Shown here: positions 25,127 through 34,730 of the stretch, one piece after another
Numbering within the stretch: position 1 is the first letter of the stretch
Layout: each line of letters opens with the position of its first letter
Assembly (NCBI GenBank): GCA_040756875.1
Contig: JBFLYH010000002.1
Coordinates: 414,526-478,525 of the forward strand
Length of the DNA: 64,000 nt
DNA from: a candidate division FCPU426 bacterium
GTDB taxonomy: Bacteria > Oederibacteriota > JAAXVQ01 > JAUVAV01
Reading direction: 5' to 3'
The notes under the pieces: generated by a model
Databases searched by the model: none
What the model was told of the DNA's origin: nothing
Seen by the model: only the letters and a program-made list of their open reading frames with translations
Made by a program: the position numbers and the translations under genes

Positions 25127-26055
25127 GGGTTGGACTTGGCCCGCTGCTGGAAGTAGTCGCGGGTTTTGGCGATGCCCTCGGCCAGGGAGGTTTTGGGCTT
25201 CCAGCCCAGCACCTTTTCCGCCAGCCGGGCGTTCAGGTAGTTGGCCTGCAGGTCCCCGCGCCGGGGCGGGCCGTGCAGCGCGTCGATCGGGCTCGCCAGG
25301 GAGGCCTTGATCGCCTCGTAAAGCTGGTTGACCGTGGTGGGCACGCCGGTGCCGATGTTGAGCGCCACGTTATCGCCGTGCTCCAGGGCTTTGAGGTTGG
25401 CGTCCACCACGTCGCCCACGAACACGTAGTCGCGCACCACCGAGCCGTCCCCGAAGATGGTGGGCGTTTTGCCGGCCAGCAGGGCCTGGATGAAGATCGA
25501 GACCACGCCCGCCTCGCCGTGCGGCATCTGCCGCGGCCCATAGACATTGCTGTAGCGGAAAGCGACGTAGGTCAGGCGGGTTTGCGCCGCGTAAAATTTC
25601 AGGTACCACTCGCCCGCGGATTTGGAAATGCCGTAGGGCGAGGCGGGCTGGATGGGAAAGGTCTCGTCGGCCGGCAGCTGCGACGGCTCGCCGTAGACCA
25701 CGCCGCCCGAGGAGACGTAGATCACCCGCTTCACGCCGTGCTTGCGGCAGCCGTCCAGCAGGTTGATCCAGCCCATGACATTGGTGCGCGCGTCCTCGCC
25801 GGGATGGTCCACGGACAGGGGCACGGAAATCTGGGCGGCGTGATGGTTCAGCGCTTCGGGCTTGAAGTCGGCGAACACTGAATCCAAGCGCGGGTCCGCA
25901 ATGTCCATTTCGTAGAATTTCGCCGCCCGGGGCACATTGGCCCGGTCTCCCGAGGACAGATTGTCCACCACCGCCACCTCGTGCCCGGCCGCCAGGAAGG
26001 CGTCCGCCACGTTCGAGCCGATGAACCCGGCGCCGCCGGTCACCAAAATGCGCAT
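25123..26055 (-). CDS. NAD-dependent epimerase/dehydratase (UDP-glucose 4-epimerase-like)
   Basis: TGGAGFIGS; YGISK; NVYGPRQ. Confidence 0.9.
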   Translation of the reverse strand: MRILVTGGAGFIGSNVADAFLAAGHEVAVVDNLSSGDRANVPRAAKFYEMDIADPRLDSVFADFKPEALNHHAAQISVPLSVDHPGEDARTNVMGWINLLDGCRKHGVKRVIYVSSGGVVYGEPSQLPADETFPIQPASPYGISKSAGEWYLKFYAAQTRLTYVAFRYSNVYGPRQMPHGEAGVVSIFIQALLAGKTPTIFGDGSVVRDYVFVGDVVDANLKALEHGDNVALNIGTGVPTTVNQLYEAIKASLASPIDALHGPPRRGDLQANYLNARLAEKVLGWKPKTSLAEGIAKTRDYFQQRAKSNP

Positions 26056-26301
26056 GAGATTCCTCCTGGAGCCCCCCGGGCGTATAAATGAAATCCCTAT
26101 TAGAAAAAAGCCCGGGGTACCCCTATTGATCTTGCATCGTCGGCCAATTTGGCGGGCGACATCCCGTAACGCCTCATGTCGACTTACATTCCAACTAATC
26201 CGATGGTTCGGCGTTACGGGATTATGGGAATAAACATCGGCAACAGATTAGCATATTATCTGGAAGGAATAAAAGAGATATTAAAAAGGAGCGGGCCCGG
26301 C

Positions 26302-26658
26302 TCAGGAAGAAAGGGCGCGGTCGATGCGGTCCCGCAAGTCGTGCAGATCAAAAGGCTTGTCCACGCAGTCCGAGGCTCCCAAAGCGCGCGCCCGGATGAT
26401 GACCGCGTGGTTGAGGTAGGCCGAAACCAGCATGACTTTGGGACTGCAATGATGCCCCTGCATCTTTTCGATGAACTCCAGGCCGTCCATGTCGGGCATC
26501 ATGTAATCCGTCATCACCAATTGCGGACAAGCCTCCTCCATGCAGCGCAACGCTTCCTCGGCGCCCCGGGCGGTTTGCACTTCGTGCAGGTCTTCCAGGG
26601 CGAAATGCATGGTTTGCAAAAACCGTTCGTGGTCATCGACGATTAATATTTTAGCCAT
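26302..26658 (-). CDS. Single-domain response regulator (receiver)
   Basis: ILIVDD; TDYMMPDMDG; VSA; KPF. Confidence 0.9.
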   Translation of the reverse strand: MAKILIVDDHERFLQTMHFALEDLHEVQTARGAEEALRCMEEACPQLVMTDYMMPDMDGLEFIEKMQGHHCSPKVMLVSAYLNHAVIIRARALGASDCVDKPFDLHDLRDRIDRALSS

Positions 26659-26727
26659 AGTTCGTATCCTGTCAAAGTAGTAGCGGTTCTCGGCAGCGTA
26701 TAAGTGCCCTTATTACTGGGCGCTGCT

Positions 26728-26756
26728 TATATACCCTGTGCCTGTCCGCCTGTCAA
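26728..26756 (-). promoter_or_regulatory. Putative sigma70 promoter for the response regulator
   Basis: Minus strand TTGACA-N17-TATATA. Confidence 0.5.
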
Positions 26757-26784
26757 GCCGGAAAAGTCGTTTGGGCTAAAAAGG

Positions 26785-28191
26785 CTAATACGCGTCCTGG
26801 TGGTGAAACAGATCGAGGGCCGTGCGCAGGATGATCTTCAAGTCAAGGCCCAGGGTCCAGTTCTCGACGTACCAGATGTCATACTTGACCCGTTCCTCGA
26901 CCGGCGTGTCTCCGCGCAGGTTGTGCGCCTGGGCCCAGCCGGTCAGGCCGGCTTTGACTTTGTGCCGCTCGAGGTACCGGGGGATGCGGGTTTTAAACTG
27001 GTCCACGAAATGCGGGCGCTCGGGCCTGGGGCCCACCAGGCTCATTTCGCCGCTCAGCACGTTGAAAAGCTGGGGCAGTTCGTCCAGGGACAAGCGCCGC
27101 ATCCAGGCGCCCACGGGCGTGGTGCGGCTGTCCCCTTTTTTGGCCCAGACCGGTCCGGTGTGCTTCTCCGCGTCCTGCACCATGGAGCGGAATTTGAAGA
27201 CCATGAACGGCCGGTTTCCCCGGCCGACGCGCTCCTGCCGGAACAGGACCGGCCCGGGCGAAGACAACTTGACCAGCGCGGCCAGGAACAGCAGCAGCGG
27301 CGAGAGGGCGATCAGCGCGGGGACCGTGAGGGCGAGATCCAGGGCGCGCTTCCAGAAACGGGCCCAAAAGCCGGAGAGCGGGGATTGCTTGAGCGCAAAA
27401 ACCGGGATGCCGTAGATGTCGTCCACGGTCATGGGATTGGTGATGAGGCCAAAGAGGTCGGAAACGATCTTGCAGTCCACGCCCAGGGGCTCCAGGGCGA
27501 GCAGGTATTCCTCGATCTTGCCGTGCGCTGCGGGAGGCAGGGCGAAAATTACCTCGTCCGCCTGGTGCTTGGCGACCAGGTGCGGCAGCTGGCGCAGGCT
27601 GCCCAGCACCGGCGCTTCCGCGAAAGTGCGCGCGCCGGTCTTTTCCTCGGCCACGAGGCCGAGCAGGCGGTAGCCGAGCCCGGGATAGCGCCGCAGCTGG
27701 TCGGCCACCATCTTCCCTGCCGGCGTCAGCCCCACCACCAGCGCGCGGCTTACGCCCACTCCCCGCCGCCGGAGCACAACCTGCAGGCGCCGCAGGCCCG
27801 AGCGGGCCAGGGTGGACAGGACCACGCAGAAGACCCAGGCGTAGAGCAGGACCACGCGCGAGTAGACCGCCCGCCGCGAAAAAAAAGTCAGCCCGATGAC
27901 GACAAGGAACGCCACGGTGGCGGCCTGCAGAATGCGCGAAAACTCGTCCACGCCGGAAATGCCCCGGCGCTGGAGGTACAGGCCGGCGTAATGGTAGCAA
28001 ACCAGCAGGACCAGCATGAGCACGGGCAGGCCCTGCAAATAAAGGGCGAAGGACGGGATGTCGTGCCAGACCGGAATGGGCCAGCCCGAGAAACGCAGGG
28101 CATAGGCAGCCGTCAGGGCGAGGCCGACCGCCAGCAGGTCGAGCGCGAGATGCAGGTAGTGAAACAGCCGTACGATTCCCTTGCGCACCAT
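26785..28191 (-). CDS. Undecaprenyl-phosphate sugar phosphotransferase (WcaJ/WbaP-like priming GT)
   Basis: KRALD; FKFRSM; SLDELPQ; MSLVGPRPE; GLTGWAQ. Confidence 0.92.
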   Translation of the reverse strand: MVRKGIVRLFHYLHLALDLLAVGLALTAAYALRFSGWPIPVWHDIPSFALYLQGLPVLMLVLLVCYHYAGLYLQRRGISGVDEFSRILQAATVAFLVVIGLTFFSRRAVYSRVVLLYAWVFCVVLSTLARSGLRRLQVVLRRRGVGVSRALVVGLTPAGKMVADQLRRYPGLGYRLLGLVAEEKTGARTFAEAPVLGSLRQLPHLVAKHQADEVIFALPPAAHGKIEEYLLALEPLGVDCKIVSDLFGLITNPMTVDDIYGIPVFALKQSPLSGFWARFWKRALDLALTVPALIALSPLLLFLAALVKLSSPGPVLFRQERVGRGNRPFMVFKFRSMVQDAEKHTGPVWAKKGDSRTTPVGAWMRRLSLDELPQLFNVLSGEMSLVGPRPERPHFVDQFKTRIPRYLERHKVKAGLTGWAQAHNLRGDTPVEERVKYDIWYVENWTLGLDLKIILRTALDLFHHQDAY

Positions 28192-28192
28192 G

Positions 28193-29347
28193 TCAGCGCC
28201 TGAACCTCCGGCTCTGCAGGCGGCGGGCGGCGACCGGCTCGCCGGTTCCCCGGCGCCGGAAATCCTCCAAGCTGGCGGCGATGGCCACGGACAAGCGGTG
28301 CTTGAATTTGCCCCGGTCGAATTCACGGGCCCGGCTGCGGATGGCCGCGGAATCCCAGCGCATCTGCTCGCTGCGCGTGACCGCGCCCACCAGGGCCGCG
28401 GGCGTGGGCTCGGCGAAGAACAAGCCGGTCTTGCCCTCGACCACGGTTTCCAGGGCCCCGCCCTTGCCCAAGGCGATCACCGGCCGGCCCGAGGCCATGG
28501 CCTCCAGGGGCGTGATGCCGAAATCCTCCTCGCCCGGAAAAACAAAGGCCCGGCAGGTGGCGTAGAGATTCAGATATTCCTCGTCGCTGACGTGCGGCTT
28601 GAAGCGCACGGTCGGGCCGGCCAGCTTGCGCAGGCGTTTGGCTTCCGGCCCCTCGCCCACGATGACCAGCGGGCGCTGGAGGGCGTTGAACGCCAGAATG
28701 GCGCGGTCGATGCGCTTGTAGGGCACCAGGGCCGAGACGATGAGATAGTGGTCGCCGGCCTGTTCCGCCTGCCGGAAGCGGTCCGCGTCCACCGGCGGAT
28801 GCACCACGCGCGCCTCGCGGCCGTAATACTTGCGGATGCGGCGCGCCACGTGGGCCGAATTGGCGAGAAAGGCGTCCACGCGCTGGCTGCTGACCACGTC
28901 CCATACTCGCAGCCGGTTCATGGCCGGCGGGATGACCAGCCGGCCGAGGAGCCCCAGCCGGGCCGAGGGGAAATATTCGTAATATTGCTCCCAGGCGTAG
29001 CGCATGGGGGTGTGGCAGAAGCACACGTGGGGCGTGGCAGGCTCGGTCAGCACGCCCTTGGCCACGCAGTGCGAGCTGGAAATCACCAGGTCATAGCCCC
29101 GCAGGTCGAACTGTTCGATGGCCGTGGGAAACCAGGGCAGGTAGTGCCGGTACCAGCGCCGCGCCCCGGGCAGGCGCTGGATGAAGGAGGTGAAAACGCG
29201 GTGCTGGCGGATGGTTTCGGAGACCTTCCCCGGTTCGTACAGCAGCGTGAAGAGGTCGGCCTGGGGATAGAGCTCGCACAGCACCTCCAGGACCTTTTCC
29301 CCTCCCCGCATGCCGTTGAGCCAGTCGTGGACCAGCGCGACCTTCAT
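28193..29347 (-). CDS. Glycosyltransferase family 4 (WbaZ-like)
   Basis: VALVHDWL..MRGGEKVL; EDFGITPLEAMASG. Confidence 0.9.
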   Translation of the reverse strand: MKVALVHDWLNGMRGGEKVLEVLCELYPQADLFTLLYEPGKVSETIRQHRVFTSFIQRLPGARRWYRHYLPWFPTAIEQFDLRGYDLVISSSHCVAKGVLTEPATPHVCFCHTPMRYAWEQYYEYFPSARLGLLGRLVIPPAMNRLRVWDVVSSQRVDAFLANSAHVARRIRKYYGREARVVHPPVDADRFRQAEQAGDHYLIVSALVPYKRIDRAILAFNALQRPLVIVGEGPEAKRLRKLAGPTVRFKPHVSDEEYLNLYATCRAFVFPGEEDFGITPLEAMASGRPVIALGKGGALETVVEGKTGLFFAEPTPAALVGAVTRSEQMRWDSAAIRSRAREFDRGKFKHRLSVAIAASLEDFRRRGTGEPVAARRLQSRRFRR

Positions 29348-30510
29348 CTCGGTTCGAATCCTTTCTGCGCCAGCAGTTCTCCGGCGGCCTCCAAAACCAT
29401 TTCAGGCGTCAGGGAGCGCAGGCAGACCAGATTGCCCTGCCGGCAAGCGACCGCTTGGCCCTGCCGGATCGTGAGGGGATTATAACACGGCGCGCACTCC
29501 GGGGATTTGAAAAGAACCCGGTGCGCAGCGCCCCGCGGCGCCAGCAGGCGCGGGTCCGTGGGTCCGAAGAGCGACACCGTGGGTGTGCCCACGGCCGCGG
29601 CCATGTGCAGCGGTCCGGAGTCGCCGCCGATGAAAAGGTCGCAGCGCCGCAGGAGCGCGGCCAGCACCATCAGCGTGGTTTTGCCTTCGGCCCGGAGCAG
29701 GGGCGCGTCAGGCCCCAAGCCGGCCGCCAGTTCGTCGCCCACGGCCGCGTCGTCGCGGCTTCCGACCAGCACCAGCCGCGCGCCAAAGCGGCGGGACAAC
29801 CGGGCGCAGACTTCGCGGTATCCCTCCACGGGCCAGCGCTTGGTCACCATGACCGTGCCGGGATTCACGCCGCCCGCCGGAAAGACCGCGATCAGCGGCC
29901 GGCTTTGGTCCCCGGCCCCGGCTTGAGCGAGGAAGGTTTCGGCCGCGGCGTCCGCGGCCGGCGAAGGCACCAGTTCGGTGGCAGTATCCCGGACCTCCAG
30001 GCCCAGGGGCCTGAGGCAGTCCAGATTGCGGTCGATTTCATGGGCTTCGGGCCGGAACAGCACGGGATGGGTCAGGCTGAAGCCCTCACCCTGCCAGTCG
30101 AAACCCAGGCGCACGGGAATGGCGCTGGCCGCAGCCATCAGGCCGGCCAGGGGCGAACGATGCAAAACCACGGCCAGGTCAAACCGCTGCTGCCGCAGCT
30201 TCCGGACCACGGGCCAGGCGCGCAGCAGCTTGGCCGGAAGGGTCCCGGGATCGTACGCGTTAAATTCGATGATGTCGTCCACGCGCGGGTCCGCGGCCAC
30301 CAGGTCGCGGCAATACGCGGTCACCAGGTAGCCGATCCGCGCCCCGGGATAGCGCGCCTTGAGCGCGCGCACCACGGGCGTGGCGAAGAGGATGTCGCCC
30401 AGGCAGCAGAGCTTGACCACCAGGATGCGCCGGGGTTCGAAGCCGGTCAAATCGCGGGCGGGCTTGCGGCTGAACCAGCGGCGTCCCCAACCCATCAGCG
30501 CGCTTTTCAT
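29344..30510 (-). CDS. Glycosyltransferase family 9 (heptosyltransferase-like)
   Basis: LGDILFATP; KRWP; DSGPLHMAAAVGTPTVSLFGPT. Confidence 0.9.
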   Translation of the reverse strand: MKSALMGWGRRWFSRKPARDLTGFEPRRILVVKLCCLGDILFATPVVRALKARYPGARIGYLVTAYCRDLVAADPRVDDIIEFNAYDPGTLPAKLLRAWPVVRKLRQQRFDLAVVLHRSPLAGLMAAASAIPVRLGFDWQGEGFSLTHPVLFRPEAHEIDRNLDCLRPLGLEVRDTATELVPSPAADAAAETFLAQAGAGDQSRPLIAVFPAGGVNPGTVMVTKRWPVEGYREVCARLSRRFGARLVLVGSRDDAAVGDELAAGLGPDAPLLRAEGKTTLMVLAALLRRCDLFIGGDSGPLHMAAAVGTPTVSLFGPTDPRLLAPRGAAHRVLFKSPECAPCYNPLTIRQGQAVACRQGNLVCLRSLTPEMVLEAAGELLAQKGFEPR

Positions 30511-31643
30511 GCCCGCCTCCCGGCGTTGTCCGCCTCGGCCAGGTTCAGCCAGGCGCGGGCCGCGGCCAAAACTTCTTCACCGGCTTCCGGCCGCGCGGGG
30601 TTGCGCACGACTGTGGCGCGGCTGCCCTGGCCCCAGGGCCCCCACTCTTCGGGCTGGTTGGTCTCGCTCCACAGCATGATCACAGGGACTCCCTGGGTAA
30701 CGGCCACGTGCGCCGGCCCGGAATCATTGGCCACGACCAGGTGGGCCGTGGAAATCAGGGCCGCGAGTTCGCGGACCGTGGTCCGGCCGCACAGGTTGCG
30801 GCCGGGCAGCCGGCTGGCCTGGTCCTGCTCCGAGGACGTACCCACGACCGCGAGGTCGCAGCCCGCGTCCGTCAGGGCGCGGCACACCTGGGCGAATCTG
30901 TCCAGGGGCCAGCACTTGGCTGGGTCTCCGGCAGCCGGGTGCACGACCACGCGGCGCAGGGGCTGGCGCCAGATTTGGTCCGCGACCCGCCGTTCCGCCG
31001 GCTCCAAGGCCAGGGGCAAATACGCCTGAGGCCAGTCAGCCGCGCCGGCCGCGGCCGCGGCCATGAGATTCCTTTCGACTTCATGCACCCCGGCCGGCAG
31101 GCGCAGGGGCAGGTGCAGCAAAAAGCCGCCGCCGGTCGCAGTGTACCCGATGCGCACCTTGACCCCGGCCAGCCATAGCAGGAGGTGGTGCCGCAAGTCG
31201 CCGCGCAAGTCCAGGGACACGTCAAAGGCCCGCGCGCGCAGGCAACGGACCAGGGCCAACCAGCCTTCGCTTCCCGGCCGGGCCGCGCCACGCCTGAACC
31301 AGGGCGCGTCGAACACCAGGCACTCATCCACCGCCGGGTCGCCCGCCAAAAGCTGGGCGCCGGCTGCCGAGACCAGGGCCGCGATCCGGGCCTGGGGATG
31401 GGCCTGGCGCAGGGCCGCGAGCGCGGGCCGGCTGAAGAGCACGTCGCCCAGGTGATCCAGCCTGACCACCAAAATGCTCCGGGGCTTGGCTAGCACCGCC
31501 GGATCGGGCCGCAGGCCGCGGCCGAGCGTCACCAGCCGGACCGCGGCCGCAGCCAGCGCGTCCAGCGTTCCGGCCAGCCCGCGTTTCCACGCGGCGCGGA
31601 AAAGGTACGGCCGGCTGCCACGGAGCGGTTGTTTCGCCTGCAT
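30507..31643 (-). CDS. Glycosyltransferase family 9
   Basis: RLDHLGDVL; KCWP; NDSGPAHVA. Confidence 0.88.
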   Translation of the reverse strand: MQAKQPLRGSRPYLFRAAWKRGLAGTLDALAAAAVRLVTLGRGLRPDPAVLAKPRSILVVRLDHLGDVLFSRPALAALRQAHPQARIAALVSAAGAQLLAGDPAVDECLVFDAPWFRRGAARPGSEGWLALVRCLRARAFDVSLDLRGDLRHHLLLWLAGVKVRIGYTATGGGFLLHLPLRLPAGVHEVERNLMAAAAAGAADWPQAYLPLALEPAERRVADQIWRQPLRRVVVHPAAGDPAKCWPLDRFAQVCRALTDAGCDLAVVGTSSEQDQASRLPGRNLCGRTTVRELAALISTAHLVVANDSGPAHVAVTQGVPVIMLWSETNQPEEWGPWGQGSRATVVRNPARPEAGEEVLAAARAWLNLAEADNAGRRA

Positions 31644-33121
31644 CAGGGTTCCTTTTGGCGCCATTCGCCCAGGTTGATGCCGCCGAGTTGCAAACGCGGA
31701 CCCAGCTCGTATTCCCGGTCCAGCCAGTCCTGGATCAGGGCCTGCGCTTCGCCTTCGTTGACCTGCACCAGCCAAAAGCGGTTTTTCCCGGCGAAAAACG
31801 ATTGTAGGCGAGGGCCGCTTTGCGGGTCAACGCGAAAATAGTTTTCCGTTTCGCCGGTCAGGGGATCATACCGTCCGGGCAGGCCTTGGATCCGCAGGCC
31901 GCTCCGCAGGTAATAGGCCAGCGGCGCCTCGTTCCACGGCGGGTAGACCACGACCTCGTCCCCGGGCCGGGCGCGTTCATTCAGCCACGCGGCAGCCTGC
32001 CGCCAGTTGTCGTAATAGCCGTAAACGAAGTACTGGTTGCGCAGGGGCACGAAGAAGGCCGCGGCGATCAGCAGGCCGGCCAGCAGGCGCCTGGCGCCTG
32101 TCAGGCCCGCCAATTGCGAAGCAGCCAGCAGCAGGCAGGCCAGCGCCGGGACGCTGAGATAGCGGTTGTCGAACACATTGATCTTCACCTGGGAATAAAC
32201 CCACACCATGGCCAGGGGCGCCACCAGCAGTGTTCCCAAGAACAACCAGGTGCGAAACGGGAGGGCCCGGAAATTTTCAGTCAGCCGGGGCCAACCAGCG
32301 CTCAGCCACACCCCGGCTGCCAGGGCCAGGCCAGCCAGGACCGCGGCCTTGTCGGACCAGGTCCAGCAGGCCGTGCCCACCATGAATGCGTAGAGGGAGT
32401 GGAGCGGCTCCCACAAACCGGCGCCTGTGCCGCGCCACGAGGGCCCACCCAGGCTCAGGTGGTGCCAGGCCGCCGCCATCCAGGGCGCATACGCCAGGGC
32501 CAGGGCTGCTTGCATGATCAGCCATTCGCGCCACAGGGAGCGGCCTTCGCTGTTTTTCCGCGCCGCGAGCGCCAAAAAAATCCATTCCGCAACCAGGGCC
32601 AGCCCGCTGAAATAATGGGTGTAAAGCGCGGCCAGGGTGCACAGCCAGTAGCCCAGCGCAAAACGCCGGCCGCGCGTTTCGAACCAGCGCCAGAAAAAAT
32701 ACAAGGACCCGGCGGACAGCAGGGCCAGCAGTCCGGGCATGCGCGCCTGGCGGGAGAGTTCGATGAAATACGGCGAGGCGGCGACCAGCAGCGCGGCCCA
32801 CCAGGCCGCGGCGCGGCCGGCCAGCAGCCGCCCCAGGCCGAAGGCCACGGGCACCAGCAAGGCGCCGTAAAGCGCGGAAGGAAAACGCAGGCTGAACTCG
32901 CTTGTGCCAGCCAGCCGGATCCACAGCGCCTGCAGGAAATGGAACAGGGGCGGATGGATGTCCAGCGCAGCTCCCTGCCAAATGCCCGGCCAGGAAGCCG
33001 AGGCCAGCCGCAGGCTGTAGGCTTCGTCCAGCCACAGGGAGCGGAAGTCGAGGTGGAAGAGCCGCAGGCCCAGGGCCGCCAAGATCAGGAGCAACAGGCC
33101 TAGCGCTTGTGAATATTCCAT
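31643..33121 (-). CDS. GT-C (ArnT/PMT family 39-like) membrane glycosyltransferase
   Basis: LRLFHL...SLWLDEAYS; DIHPPLF; LRFPSA; multiple TMs. Confidence 0.82.
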   Translation of the reverse strand: MEYSQALGLLLLILAALGLRLFHLDFRSLWLDEAYSLRLASASWPGIWQGAALDIHPPLFHFLQALWIRLAGTSEFSLRFPSALYGALLVPVAFGLGRLLAGRAAAWWAALLVAASPYFIELSRQARMPGLLALLSAGSLYFFWRWFETRGRRFALGYWLCTLAALYTHYFSGLALVAEWIFLALAARKNSEGRSLWREWLIMQAALALAYAPWMAAAWHHLSLGGPSWRGTGAGLWEPLHSLYAFMVGTACWTWSDKAAVLAGLALAAGVWLSAGWPRLTENFRALPFRTWLFLGTLLVAPLAMVWVYSQVKINVFDNRYLSVPALACLLLAASQLAGLTGARRLLAGLLIAAAFFVPLRNQYFVYGYYDNWRQAAAWLNERARPGDEVVVYPPWNEAPLAYYLRSGLRIQGLPGRYDPLTGETENYFRVDPQSGPRLQSFFAGKNRFWLVQVNEGEAQALIQDWLDREYELGPRLQLGGINLGEWRQKEP

Positions 33122-33558
33122 TCCCCTCCCCTGGTGGGAGGGGCTGGCGGAGGGGGTGCCTTCAGTTCGCAAACCCATGCTTAGCCCCCTCACCCTCCCC
33201 TCTCCCGCAGAGGGGAGAGGGATAATACTTTTGTACTCGCCGCTGCATTGTTCCCCTTTTCCGGCGGAAGGGGTCCACCCAATTTTCTCCCCTCCCCTGG
33301 CGGAAGGGGATGGGGGAGGGGGTGGATTCAGTTCTCAAACCCACACTCATCCCCCTCGCCCTCCCCTCTCCCGCAGAGGGGAGAGGGGTAATACTTTTGT
33401 ACTCGCCGCTGCATTGTTCCCCTTTTCCGGCGGAAGGGGTCCACCCGATTTTCTCCCCTCCCCTGGCGGAAGGGGCTGGCGGAGGGGGTGCCTTCAGTTC
33501 GCAAACCCATGCTTAGCCCCCTCACCCTCCCCTCTCCCGCAGAGGGGAGAGGGATAAT
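33122..33558. repeat. Tandem array of ~2.6 units of 166 bp built from C-rich/G-rich hairpins (BIME-like)
   Basis: tcccctcccctgg starts at 33122, 33288 and 33454; each unit contains ccctctcccgcagaggggagaggg. Confidence 0.9.
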
Positions 33559-33587
33559 AAAAATGATTCATCGTTGAGGAATTTAAA

Positions 33588-34730
33588 TTACCCCGCCTTT
33601 TCCCGCCGCACGTCCGCGTACACTTGTTCCAGGGCTTCGGTCATGCGCTCCCAGGTGTACTGTCCGGCCGTGCGCCGGCCGGCTTCGCCCAGGCGCTGGC
33701 GCAGGCCGGGTTCGTTCAGCAGGCGCCGCATGGCCGCGGCCACGCTGGCTTCGCTGGCCCAGGTGTGCAGGATCAGTCCTTCCCGTTCGTTCTTCATCAG
33801 TTCCACGGCTCCGGCGTTGCCGGTCACGAGCACCGGCAGCCCGGCGGCCATGGCTTCCAGGATGCTCAGGCCGAAGGATTCGTATTCCGGCAGGGACACA
33901 TAGGCGTCGCAGGCCGCGTACGCGGGCCGGGGATCGCGGCCCGCAGCCAGGAAGCGCACCCAGGGGCCCACGCCCAGGCGTTCGGCCAAGCGCTGGAGCC
34001 GCGGTTCCAGTCCCAAGGTTGTGGCGATCACGACCACGGCTTTGGGTTCGGAGAGCGCGCGCAAGGCCCGGATCAGGCGCTCGGCGCCTTTGAGGCGGGG
34101 CGCAGTGGCCACCAAAAGGAAAGCCGTTTGCTCCGGCGCCAATTCGAGCCGGCGCCGCGTCTCGCCGCGCCACTCGTCCAGCGCGGCCGGGGCAAAGGCT
34201 TCGGGGTCCACGCCGGGGTAGATCACGTGAAACGGAAGATGGCGGGTGCCGGGATAGGCCGCGCGCACCTGGCGCCGCACCTGCCGGGACACGGCCACCA
34301 GGGCGCGGGCGCTGGCAAAAGCGTTGCGTTCCATCTGCACCACGGCGCGGTGGTTGAGGCTGAAAAACTTCCGCAGGCGGTTGACCCAACCGGGATGGGC
34401 GCGCAGCGAGGCCCGCATGCCGGCCAGGTGGCAGGAATGGGCGGTCACCACGTCCCCCCAGCGCCCGTCCGAGCCTTGTGTGTGCACGAGGTCATAGGCC
34501 TGCTGGTGGGCCACGAACCCCGCCCGGGTGCTGAAGGACAGCACCGAACGCCACAACGGCGCGCGGGCCGAGGGCACGGGCACCAGCGCGGCCGGGCAGG
34601 CCGCGTATTCGCCGGGGCGCGTGATCACCACCACCTCGTGCCGAACGGCCAGGCGCGTGGCCAGCTCGAAAGTGTACCGGGGGATGCCGGCGCCCGGCCG
34701 GCAGCCGCGGGCGATCAGGGCGATCTTCAT
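33588..34730 (-). CDS. Glycosyltransferase family 4
   Basis: YESFGLSILEAMAAGLPV. Confidence 0.88.
   Translation of the reverse strand: MKIALIARGCRPGAGIPRYTFELATRLAVRHEVVVITRPGEYAACPAALVPVPSARAPLWRSVLSFSTRAGFVAHQQAYDLVHTQGSDGRWGDVVTAHSCHLAGMRASLRAHPGWVNRLRKFFSLNHRAVVQMERNAFASARALVAVSRQVRRQVRAAYPGTRHLPFHVIYPGVDPEAFAPAALDEWRGETRRRLELAPEQTAFLLVATAPRLKGAERLIRALRALSEPKAVVVIATTLGLEPRLQRLAERLGVGPWVRFLAAGRDPRPAYAACDAYVSLPEYESFGLSILEAMAAGLPVLVTGNAGAVELMKNEREGLILHTWASEASVAAAMRRLLNEPGLRQRLGEAGRRTAGQYTWERMTEALEQVYADVRREKAG

Noticed and set aside
33122-33558. CRISPR array or real small ORFs (33156-33557 etc.)
   Set aside because: Whole units repeat with no unique spacers; the ORFs are just translations of the repeat.
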